Both the position numbers and the translations under genes were made by a program. From Rickettsia typhi (GTDB taxonomy: Bacteria; Pseudomonadota; Alphaproteobacteria; Rickettsiales; Rickettsiaceae): a stretch of 24,000 bases of DNA. How positions within the stretch are numbered: the stretch's first letter is position 1; each line of letters begins with the position of its first letter. The notes beneath the pieces are model-generated. The model ran no database searches and had not been told where the DNA came from. It saw only the letters and a program-made list of their open reading frames with translations. Below, piece after piece: positions 17,184 through 24,000 of this stretch. Location: contig CAMCRO010000001.1 of assembly GCA_945877265.1 (NCBI GenBank), positions 22,994 to 46,993 of the forward strand, read 5' to 3'.

Positions 17184-17918
17184 ATGAAAATCTCTGATAA
17201 TGGCATAATATTATTTTGTAAAAAAATTCAAGAAAGCTTGATGCTAGTAAAGATTTTTTCAGAAAGTAATGGGTTGTGCCTAGGTTTTGCAAAAAATATT
17301 CCCCAAAAAAAGTTACATAATTATCAAGTTGGAAATTTAGTAAAATTTCAAAAATTTGCCAGAACAACAGATCAATTAGGGATAATTTCTTGTGAATCTA
17401 TTAAATCATATCAATGGCATATTATGTCGAGTAAGTTAAATTTATATGGTTTTTCCGGCATATCTAACATTGTTTTGGGTTGCTTTGAGGAATATGAGCC
17501 TCATAATAATTCATATAAAATCATTGTGGCTTTTCTTGAGGAGTTAACTAACTCTGATTTTTCTTGGTTAAGATATTTTCAAACTGAAATTAATTTACTG
17601 AAAGATGCAGGCTATGGTTTGGAGCTTGATAAATGCGCAGTAACGCACGAAACAGAAAATTTATTATATGTCTCTCCCAAAAGTGGGAGAGCTGTATCAA
17701 AAGAGGCTGCAAAAGGCTATGAGCATTTACTTTTAAAGCTTCCAGAATTTTTAGTATATCAAACAGAGCCTGAAAATTTCGAAGAAATAGAAAACGCCTT
17801 TAAGTTAAGTGAATATTTTTTTGAACGCTATATATGGAAAGAAAAAGGAAATCCAGAATTAATAAAATTCCGAGATCTCCTAAAATCTTCTTATGTTCGT
17901 GCTCTAGATGAGGATTGA
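17184..17918 (+). CDS. recO: DNA repair protein RecO
   Basis: 244 aa. The N-terminal OB-fold pattern (GIILFCKKIQESLMLVKIFSESNGLCLGFAK...VGNLVKF) and the C-terminal GYGLELDKCAVTHETENLLYVSPKSGRAVSKEAAKGYEHLLLKLPEFL resemble alphaproteobacterial RecO. Confidence 0.82.
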   Translation: MKISDNGIILFCKKIQESLMLVKIFSESNGLCLGFAKNIPQKKLHNYQVGNLVKFQKFARTTDQLGIISCESIKSYQWHIMSSKLNLYGFSGISNIVLGCFEEYEPHNNSYKIIVAFLEELTNSDFSWLRYFQTEINLLKDAGYGLELDKCAVTHETENLLYVSPKSGRAVSKEAAKGYEHLLLKLPEFLVYQTEPENFEEIENAFKLSEYFFERYIWKEKGNPELIKFRDLLKSSYVRALDED

Positions 17919-19213
17919 GCGCCAAAAATTCTTTCCATGTCTGTTGATAATGCAGATACTTGGCTAGATGTGACACTTAACCTTTGGGCAAGGGCAGTGG
18001 TGCCTTTTTCTTTAGCTATAGCACAAAAACTCCTGAGAGGCCTTTCATAAGTTTGTGCTACATAGCTTCTCATATCATCTCTTATTTCATTAAGTCGAAC
18101 TTTCTCAGCTGCAGATAATCCGCCTTCTTGGGCTTTAGCGTAAAATTTATCTATCGTATCATTAATTGATCCAGAAAATTTTGCGAGATCTTTTGCTTTT
18201 TGCATGATACTTGCAGAATCTGGTGTGTCCTGAGAATTTGTTATAGAACGAAGAAGATCCGAACCTTGCTCTCTCATTGTTTCCTCTAGTGCGCTACTGA
18301 ATTTTGTTGCTAACTCAGGATTGTCTCCTAGCTTTTCTTCAATTTTTTCTTTTAATCTTCTCTGAATCTTAGCTTTGATTGTTCCGGGTGCTTGATCACG
18401 AGAAGGTAGTTTTTCAATTAATGCACGTGCTTTTTGGAATAATTCCTCTGGTGCATTTGGAGAAGTTAAAGCTTCTCTGGTGCTATCAGCATCAAGGCCA
18501 AGTTTTGCCATCACAGGAGCGTAAGAGGCTAGTTTTCCGAAGGCTTTTTTTTGCATGTCTATAGCAAGAGCATTATTTGTTAAAATATCTCTGGTGAGAT
18601 CTGAAACTTTACTGGTTATAGGCCGTTGGTCGTTTCTATCAGTTAGCATTTTAAAGCCAATTCCTGCTAGGCTTATTATTTCAGGGGAAACGCCAAAATG
18701 CATCAGGAAAAGCCCAGCCACAACCATTAGCATAATTTTTGTGGTTTCTGACATTTGCTGTTTTTGAGGTCCATCTTCCATTTGGCTTAGCTTTTCTTGC
18801 ATTAATTTGCCATTTTCTAATACTTTAGCAGTAGTTTCACTTATATCTTCCATAATATCTGTTAGATCACCTTTGCCTTCTGCAAGTTTCGACGTCACTC
18901 TCTCATGTATTGCTCCTACATTTGTTCTCAACTTTGATGCTCTTTCAGCTACTTCTTGAGAATATTCGTCCTTCTTTTCTTCTGCAATTTTAGAAAGTCG
19001 CTCTGAAGTTTCGCTAACTATTGACAGCAGTCCCTCGCTCGCAGATAAGCAACCTTCTTCTGTTATACCTATTGCGCTAGATCCTCCGGGCTTTTTTTTG
19101 CTTCCACCTCTAGGTGGAAGTGGTGGTGGAGTTTTGCGCTTTGGTTGTGTTGCTGCGACTGGCGCTGGATCGGATTGGGTTCTTGTAATTGCTGGAGGAT
19201 TTCTTTTAGACAT
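17891..19213 (-). CDS. Hypothetical 440-aa protein: proline-rich basic N-terminus, central hydrophobic hairpin, helical Ala/Glu/Lys/Ser-rich body; candidate secreted or membrane-inserted effector
   Basis: Long uninterrupted ORF with ATG start. N-terminus ...PKRKTPPPLPPRGGSKKKPGG. Residues about 160-190 are IMLMVVAGLFLMHFGVSPEIISLAGIGFKML. C-terminus ...GAQSSSRART. Locally higher G+C than its neighbours. No known family recognised. Confidence 0.6.
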   Translation of the reverse strand: MSKRNPPAITRTQSDPAPVAATQPKRKTPPPLPPRGGSKKKPGGSSAIGITEEGCLSASEGLLSIVSETSERLSKIAEEKKDEYSQEVAERASKLRTNVGAIHERVTSKLAEGKGDLTDIMEDISETTAKVLENGKLMQEKLSQMEDGPQKQQMSETTKIMLMVVAGLFLMHFGVSPEIISLAGIGFKMLTDRNDQRPITSKVSDLTRDILTNNALAIDMQKKAFGKLASYAPVMAKLGLDADSTREALTSPNAPEELFQKARALIEKLPSRDQAPGTIKAKIQRRLKEKIEEKLGDNPELATKFSSALEETMREQGSDLLRSITNSQDTPDSASIMQKAKDLAKFSGSINDTIDKFYAKAQEGGLSAAEKVRLNEIRDDMRSYVAQTYERPLRSFCAIAKEKGTTALAQRLSVTSSQVSALSTDMERIFGAQSSSRART

Positions 19214-19290
19214 AAATATATTCTCTAATATTGTTAGTTCAGCTTATAAAATATCTGCTATTAACAAAAGATTATTATGAGTGATATTTG

Positions 19291-20313
19291 TTATTTTATA
19301 TCAGCTAGTTGCCATCTTGCACGAGGGCAGAAATTTAACGCAGAAAAATCTCCAGCATAATATCTTTCAATTCCTGCCCATGCTATCATAGCCGCATTAT
19401 CGGTACATAAATTTATAGGCGGAGAATGCAAGGAATAACCTTTTTGCGCAAGAAAGATTTTTAGTTCATTCTTGATATATTGATTGGCAGCAACCCCTCC
19501 TGAAATAACAATTTTTTTAGAGTTAGTGTGTTTCTCATATTCTTTTATTGCTTCGTTAATTTTATATTTGAGAATTTCTGTCGCTGTATATTGAAAAGAA
19601 GCGCATATATCTGGAATTAAATTTGGGTAATTATTTTCTCTTTCAATAATTAATCTTACTGCAGTTTTTATTCCAGAAAATGACATATCAGGACCTGGTC
19701 TATCACACATTGATTTTGGCAATTTATATTTAAAAGGGTCTCCTTTTTGAGCAAGTGACTCCACAATGGGTCCCCCTGGATACTCCAATCCTAACATTTT
19801 TGCTACTTTATCAAAAGCTTCCCCAAGCGCATCGTCAAGTGTCTGGCCAAGTAAAATATATTTACCAAGCCCGAGAACTGAATAAAATTGGCAATGTCCT
19901 CCAGAGACCAAAAGAAGCAAATATGGATATTCTAAATTTTCAGTTAGCCTTGCTGTGAGGGCATGGCCCTCTAAATGATTTATTGCTATATATTTAGTCT
20001 TAAGAACAGAAGCTAACGCTTTGGCATACATTGTACCAACTATAACGCCACCAATTAGACCTGGCCCTCCTGTTGCTGCTATGCAGTCTATGTCTTTTAA
20101 TTCTAGCTCTGCTTCTTTTAAAGCTTGCTTTATAGCAAAGTCTAAATAATTTAAATGAGCGCGAGAAGCAATTTCAGGTACTACACCTTTATATGGTAAA
20201 TGTTCTTTAGTTTGGCTTATTACTATATTAGAAAGAATAGTTTTATCTGAACTAACTATTGATGCTGAGGTGTCATCGCAGCTGGATTCTATTCCTAAAC
20301 AATAAAATTTCAT
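19291..20313 (-). CDS. tsaD: tRNA N6-adenosine threonylcarbamoyltransferase (Kae1/Gcp family)
   Basis: 340 aa. [31 protein letters not shown]. Canonical TsaD motifs. Confidence 0.92.
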   Translation of the reverse strand: MKFYCLGIESSCDDTSASIVSSDKTILSNIVISQTKEHLPYKGVVPEIASRAHLNYLDFAIKQALKEAELELKDIDCIAATGGPGLIGGVIVGTMYAKALASVLKTKYIAINHLEGHALTARLTENLEYPYLLLLVSGGHCQFYSVLGLGKYILLGQTLDDALGEAFDKVAKMLGLEYPGGPIVESLAQKGDPFKYKLPKSMCDRPGPDMSFSGIKTAVRLIIERENNYPNLIPDICASFQYTATEILKYKINEAIKEYEKHTNSKKIVISGGVAANQYIKNELKIFLAQKGYSLHSPPINLCTDNAAMIAWAGIERYYAGDFSALNFCPRARWQLADIK

Positions 20314-20314
20314 T

Positions 20315-20944
20315 TTAAAACTTCACTTCTACAGATGGAAGAGTTTGATTTAATTGTAATAAAACTTGTTCCGTGATGTTGAGTGATTCATCTGCATATA
20401 AAAGTTGAGTACTTGGGAATACTATGTTGAGCTGTTTTTTATGCGCAATATCTTTTATAATTTTCATAGCTATTTCGTTTACTTGGCCTATTGCCTTGCT
20501 ATGGGCTTGTTCCAAACGGATTTTTTTCTCTTGTAGAATTTTTTGTTCTTCTGTAACTTTTTTATTGAAATCCAGAACTTCTTTTTCAAAATTTTCTTTT
20601 GATAGAGTTTCTTGTTTTTCTATTAATTTCTTTTCTATTAATTTTAAATTGCTTTCTCTTTCAGAAAATTCTTTTTGTAAGTCTTGACTTATTTTTTCTA
20701 TAGATGCCCTGATTCCAATAACTGCAGTTGATAAATCTAAGATAGTTTGTACGTCTACTACAGCAATTTTTTGTTGTGAAATATTTTTCTGCTGGGTCTT
20801 TGCTAGTGCATTATCATTTATAAAAGCATTTTCTTTATTGATATTTGCTCCAAATGCTGAGGTGGTATAATTAGCAAGAGCAAAAAATAATATCATTAAT
20901 AGTCTATTAAACATAAATGGCTCGAAAAATCGTTTGTGCATCAT
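20315..20944 (-). CDS. skp: OmpH/Skp-family periplasmic chaperone
   Basis: 209 aa. Signal peptide ([18 protein letters not shown]), [10 protein letters not shown] start of the body, a long Lys/Glu/Gln coiled-coil arm, and a C-terminal ...[24 protein letters not shown]. The real start may be the internal Met at 20914. The stop lies 1 nt before the tsaD start. Confidence 0.75.
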   Translation of the reverse strand: MMHKRFFEPFMFNRLLMILFFALANYTTSAFGANINKENAFINDNALAKTQQKNISQQKIAVVDVQTILDLSTAVIGIRASIEKISQDLQKEFSERESNLKLIEKKLIEKQETLSKENFEKEVLDFNKKVTEEQKILQEKKIRLEQAHSKAIGQVNEIAMKIIKDIAHKKQLNIVFPSTQLLYADESLNITEQVLLQLNQTLPSVEVKF

Positions 20945-20991
20945 CCTAACAAGCGATATAATCTAGTGCAAGATAATTGATGGAAAAATTA

Positions 20992-21417
20992 ATGAAAATC
21001 TCAATCGGATCAGATCATGCTGGATTTGCACTAAAGCAACATATTATTATATACCTTAAATCTAAGGGTTATGATATTGATGATATGGGAACAGATAGCA
21101 ATGTTTCATGCGATTATCCAGATTTTGCCGATTTGGTATGTGAGAAAATAATCCAGAAAGAATCAAATACAGGAATTTTAATTTGTGGTACTGGGATTGG
21201 TATGTCAATTTGTGCAAACCGTAATATAGGAATAAAAGCAGCTTTATGCACGAATGAATTAATGGCCCAAAAAGCTCGAAACCATAATGATGCAAATATT
21301 TTAGTTTTAGGAGCAAAAATAGTGACTGAAGAAGAAGCTATTAAAATTACTGAGCGCTTTTTAAATAGTTCTTTTGAAGGGGGAAGGCATATTGCTAGAT
21401 TAGAGAAATTTAACTGA
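20992..21417 (+). CDS. rpiB: Ribose-5-phosphate isomerase B
   Basis: MKISIGSDHAGFALKQ, DYPDFA, ICGTGIGMSICANR, GGRHIARL. The track start is TTG 20977. ATG 20992 gives the family-typical N-terminus. Confidence 0.88.
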   Translation: MKISIGSDHAGFALKQHIIIYLKSKGYDIDDMGTDSNVSCDYPDFADLVCEKIIQKESNTGILICGTGIGMSICANRNIGIKAALCTNELMAQKARNHNDANILVLGAKIVTEEEAIKITERFLNSSFEGGRHIARLEKFN

Positions 21418-21970
21418 AGTTTTCTCCGCTGATTCTAGTGCACATTACAAGTTTAATTATTGCAATAATTTCATGCCCCAGTGTTTCCTTTTCTGAAGAA
21501 GATAATCTATGATCTTGCTCGACAATCGTAAGCATTATAGATTTGTGATGTTTAAAAATTATAAATTGCCTTTTGTCTTCAATTTTGGCAAGAAGCCAGC
21601 CTGTTTCGGTATCTATGTTTTCAGCATTTTCAAGAAGAGAATCAATTTCTCGATCTTTATAAAATTTTGTGGTCCCTTCACTTTTGAAAGTGATTATTTT
21701 TGAAGAGGGGCATGATCGAAAAGCGATAAAATCGAGGCAAAAATAATGTAGTATTTCTGCAGTGATGATATCTAAGACTAAATTCTCACTTGTTAGGAAA
21801 ATAGAATTTAATAATTTAATAACAAGCTTTTTATCTAAATATAAATTGATAGTTTTTAAATTTTGCTGATGCATTTTTCTTTTTAACATATATATTCTGA
21901 GAAGTAAAAAGCAAAAAGATAATAGAAAGACAGTAAATATAAATAATATTAAGTAAAAATTAAACGTCAT
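21410..21970 (-). CDS. Hypothetical membrane-anchored protein (186 aa)
   Basis: ATG start. One N-terminal TM segment (FYLILFIFTVFLLSFCFLLLRIY) followed by about 155 soluble residues with no motif I recognise. The 3' end overlaps the rpiB 3' end by 8 nt (convergent). Confidence 0.45.
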   Translation of the reverse strand: MTFNFYLILFIFTVFLLSFCFLLLRIYMLKRKMHQQNLKTINLYLDKKLVIKLLNSIFLTSENLVLDIITAEILHYFCLDFIAFRSCPSSKIITFKSEGTTKFYKDREIDSLLENAENIDTETGWLLAKIEDKRQFIIFKHHKSIMLTIVEQDHRLSSSEKETLGHEIIAIIKLVMCTRISGENFS

Positions 21971-22097
21971 AAAACCTTAGGTTATTTTCTAGACAAAATC
22001 ACAACTTATGGTAGGTTACTACATTTTTTTTTATAGGGCAAGTGCTTATTGAAGCATAAAAACACAGCATTAAATAATTATAGTAAAACGGAGAAAT

Positions 22098-22334
22098 ATG
22101 AGCGAAGCATTTACAAAAGAGCAATTAGTTCAATATATTAATAGAATAGAAAGGTTAGAAAGTGATAAAGCAGCGATTATGGAAGACATGAAAGAAGTCT
22201 TAGCTGATGCGAAAAATAATGGCTTTGATATCAAAACTATAAAACAAGTTTTAAAGATCCGGAAAATGGATAAAAACAAATTAGCGGAAGCTGAAGCTTT
22301 ATTAGAATTATATAGAGAAGCTTTAGGCGTTTGA
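22098..22334 (+). CDS. gapR: DUF2312/UPF0335 family nucleoid-associated protein (GapR-like)
   Basis: 78 aa: MSEAFTKEQLVQYINRIERLESDKAAIMEDMKEVLADAKNNGFDIKTIKQVLKIRKMDKNKLAEAEALLELYREALGV. It matches the family pattern (IERIERLEeEK..i..DiKEVyaEAK.nGFDvK.lr.ii.lRK.d......E.e.iLelY..ALG). A good GGAG Shine-Dalgarno lies 4 nt upstream of the ATG. Confidence 0.85.
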   Translation: MSEAFTKEQLVQYINRIERLESDKAAIMEDMKEVLADAKNNGFDIKTIKQVLKIRKMDKNKLAEAEALLELYREALGV

Positions 22335-22419
22335 TGATTTTTAGGTATCTCGCTTTTTTTAAGCCAAATAAGAGATAAATCAAAATAATGTATAATAGTT
22401 ATATATTATAAAGAATAAT

Positions 22420-22452
22420 GGTTTGTTGCGGAAGTAACAGCCTATCTTTTTT
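22420..22452 (+). terminator. Possible intrinsic terminator downstream of gapR
   Basis: GGTTTGTT (22420-22427) pairs with AACAGCC (22436-22442) as a 7-bp stem with one bulge and one G-U pair. The loop is GCGGAAGT, followed by TATCTTTTTT. The stem is imperfect, so confidence is low. Confidence 0.3.
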
Positions 22453-22493
22453 ATGGATAAGAGCTATATGTTTAATCTTAGAATTGTAGAAAT

Positions 22494-23036
22494 ATGATCA
22501 GAATTCAGGAAGATAAAAAAAGAAAACCAGAAGGCAGAGAAGATGTAGCTGAATTCGCTTCCAGGTTAATCTCAGGAAATAGATATCAAAAAACTTTAAA
22601 AACTGAAGATGTAGAAGCTGTCGTAGATAAAGGTAAACTGAAAATTCAAGGGGTTGAATCTGATGTTGCTGCACGTGCTCCTTCAGTTGCTCGTAAGGGC
22701 TTAGCTAAAACAAGCTTTTTTGCAGAAGGTGATGATGGTTCAAAAGGACTTCAATTGGTTGAGAAAAAAGATTATTGCGTTAGTGTTTTTAAGACTGCTG
22801 GGTCTCCGAGCAGTGATGCAGCCGGTATTGCAACAAAACCAGGAGTAGACGTTCCTACTCTAAAGGTTCAAGAATATAATACAGCTGGTTGTGAAGCCTT
22901 GTTATTTGGAAGTTATAGTGATTTTTCCGCGCTGCGAGATGAACACGAAGAAGCTCTTACTTTGCTACTAGGTAATCTTGATCTTGATCCTGATATTATT
23001 GGGCTTACTTTAACTGGAGAAGATTCTGGTTTATAA
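22494..23036 (+). CDS. Hypothetical protein (180 aa), hydrophilic, Ala/Gly/Asp/Glu-rich, acidic C-terminus
   Basis: ATG start. No signal peptide, TM segment or recognisable motif. Sampled lines give 32-53% G+C, above local housekeeping genes. Sequence ...VARKGLAKTSFFAEGDDGSKGLQLVEKKDYCVSVF...LLGNLDLDPDIIGLTLTGEDSGL. Confidence 0.45.
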   Translation: MIRIQEDKKRKPEGREDVAEFASRLISGNRYQKTLKTEDVEAVVDKGKLKIQGVESDVAARAPSVARKGLAKTSFFAEGDDGSKGLQLVEKKDYCVSVFKTAGSPSSDAAGIATKPGVDVPTLKVQEYNTAGCEALLFGSYSDFSALRDEHEEALTLLLGNLDLDPDIIGLTLTGEDSGL

Positions 23037-23065
23037 ATAAAATTTGATTTTTGATGTAATAACTA

Positions 23066-24000
23066 TCAAGGTGAATTTTTAGCAGCTATCTTTCCTCTAT
23101 ATTCTTTCACATATTTATTATGTGTGTCTAAATTAGAGGAAAAATTATGCCCACCATTCCCATTTACCACGAAATATAAATAATTAGTTTTTGCTGGCTC
23201 TAAAACTGCCTTTATAGCTTTTAATCCTGGGCAAGCGATTGGAGCAGGGGGAAGGCCGGTATTAACATAAGTGTTATATGGAGATTGGATTTCCAAGTCT
23301 TTTTTAGTAAGGGGCCTGTTAAAGTTGTCTCCCATGGAAATCGCGTAAATTACAGTCGGATCTGCTTGAAGCCTCATATTATTCTTAAGTCTATTTAAAA
23401 AAACAGATGCAATAATAGGCTTTTCCTCGTCATTTCCGGCTTCTTTTTCTATAATTGAAGCGAGAGTTATGAGCTTTTGAATATTATTTATTGGAGGGTT
23501 TTTAGGCAGTTTTTCTAATAAAGAAGATAGAGTAAGGCTCATTCTTTCCGACATGGCTTTTATAATAGTAGATCTGAGATCGCCATATTTAAAATAATAA
23601 GTATCTGGAAATAAAGTTCCTTCTTCAGGAATAGTTTGTATGGAGCCTGCTAATCTTGGCTCATTAGAAAGTAGCTCAACTATCTGTTTTGTTGTAAAGC
23701 CTTCTGGAATTGTGATTTTGCGAACTATAGATTCACCTTTAGCTATTATCTGAACTATCTCTTTAATAGATTTTTGTGGCAGAAATTCATATTCACCCGC
23801 AATTAATTTTTTGTTTTTTGCAATCAGCTTAACATAAAGAAGAAAAAACCATTTGCTCCTTACCACATTATTTTGTGCTAATAAATCTGAGATTTCCACA
23901 CTAGAAATTCCTGGTTTTATAAGAAGAGTTATGGGTTGCTGTAAGGAATTTGGCTTATTTATACTAATCGTTAGAAGAGAGAAAATAATACATAATGCAA
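23066..24000 (-). CDS. mltG: Endolytic murein transglycosylase MltG (YceG family); the 5' end lies beyond the window
   Basis: YceG motifs: ITIPEGFTTKQI, ASIIEKEA, VFLNRLKNNMRLQADPTVIY, YNTYVNTGLPPAPIACPG. The track starts at GTG 23899. Manual translation shows the frame stays open to position 24000 and encodes the expected upstream part (...ALCIIFSLLTISINKPNSLQQPITLLIKPGISS-VEISDLL), i.e. the TM anchor, so the true start is off-window. Confidence 0.88.
   Translation of the reverse strand, partial: ALCIIFSLLTISINKPNSLQQPITLLIKPGISSVEISDLLAQNNVVRSKWFFLLYVKLIAKNKKLIAGEYEFLPQKSIKEIVQIIAKGESIVRKITIPEGFTTKQIVELLSNEPRLAGSIQTIPEEGTLFPDTYYFKYGDLRSTIIKAMSERMSLTLSSLLEKLPKNPPINNIQKLITLASIIEKEAGNDEEKPIIASVFLNRLKNNMRLQADPTVIYAISMGDNFNRPLTKKDLEIQSPYNTYVNTGLPPAPIACPGLKAIKAVLEPAKTNYLYFVVNGNGGHNFSSNLDTHNKYVKEYRGKIAAKNSP

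Noticed and set aside
16341-17367. ORFs 16341-16529 (+) and 17164-17367 (-)
   Set aside because: The first is antisense in the SBP gene. The second is antisense across the recO start. Both are short, Phe/Leu/Ile-rich products of AT-rich DNA.
18379-19280. Plus-strand ORFs 18379-18564, 18555-18767 and 19098-19280
   Set aside because: They are antisense to the 440-aa ORF. The higher local G+C reduces stop codons in all frames, so short shadow ORFs are expected. The 440-codon frame is far longer.
19755-21703. ORFs 19755-19958 (+), 20424-20687 (+), 21062-21316 (-) and 21509-21703 (+)
   Set aside because: Antisense within tsaD, skp, rpiB and the membrane orphan respectively. No motifs.
22011-22032. 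GTAG-GTTA-CTAC mini-hairpin followed by T9, terminator-like on the plus strand
   Set aside because: The stem is only 4 bp and no plus-strand gene lies upstream to terminate. More likely an AT-tract in a divergent promoter region.
22453-22497. 14-codon upstream ORF (MDKSYMFNLRIVEI) ending in an ATGA overlap with the 22494 start; possible leader peptide or attenuator together with the 22420-22452 hairpin
   Set aside because: The hairpin precedes rather than follows the mini-ORF, there is no alternative antiterminator pairing and no Shine-Dalgarno match. ORFs this small are expected by chance.
1-24000. Search for CRISPR arrays, tandem repeats, IS elements, prophage genes, defence systems and replication-origin signals
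   Set aside because: I saw no spaced direct repeats, no transposase, integrase or recombinase motifs, no nuclease/helicase/methylase clusters and no DnaA-box cluster (only isolated 7/9 matches). This was scanned by eye only, so a repeat finder and an HMM scan should confirm it.

Overview
This is an AT-rich chromosomal segment: hand counts of single 60-nt lines give 18-37% G+C in most genes. The gene content fits a reduced, probably host-associated alphaproteobacterium (Rickettsiales/Holosporales-like). That placement is an inference from the GapR/DUF2312, IalB-like, COX15-type CtaA and pccBA genes plus the compact gene spacing. I can support about 30 CDS and one tRNA. Left to right they are: pccB-pccA and ctaA (minus strand); a tightly packed plus-strand run rpoZ-spoT-acpS-murC-murB-ddl-ftsQ ending at a perfect 13-bp hairpin; an IalB-like gene; tatA-ruvX; tRNA-Gly(GCC); cyaY overlapping an ABC half-transporter gene; an orphan ORF plus an XRE regulator; a gamma-carbonic-anhydrase-like gene and an orphan solute-binding protein; recO; skp-tsaD followed by a 440-aa orphan; rpiB; a membrane-anchored orphan; gapR; a 180-aa orphan; and mltG, which runs off the right edge. 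Two genes missing from the ORF track were recovered by manual translation: pccA (open to the left edge) and a 55-aa tatA. I see no rRNA, CRISPR array, transposase, integrase, prophage or recognisable defence system, and no convincing multi-gene novel system. Most of the window is housekeeping. The accessory content is five lineage-specific ORFs. The most interesting is the 440-aa protein at 17891-19213, which has a PxxPxR polyproline motif, a hydrophobic hairpin, a basic C-terminal tail and locally elevated G+C, so it is a candidate translocated effector. Secondary points are the translationally overlapped cyaY-ABC exporter pair, an intact RSH enzyme with an uncharged NFQD in place of the RXKD/EXDD motif, a second G+C-elevated orphan at 22494-23036, and a dcw fragment fused behind rpoZ-spoT-acpS and lacking ftsA/ftsZ. 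All functional calls rest on motif recognition by eye; no database search was run.
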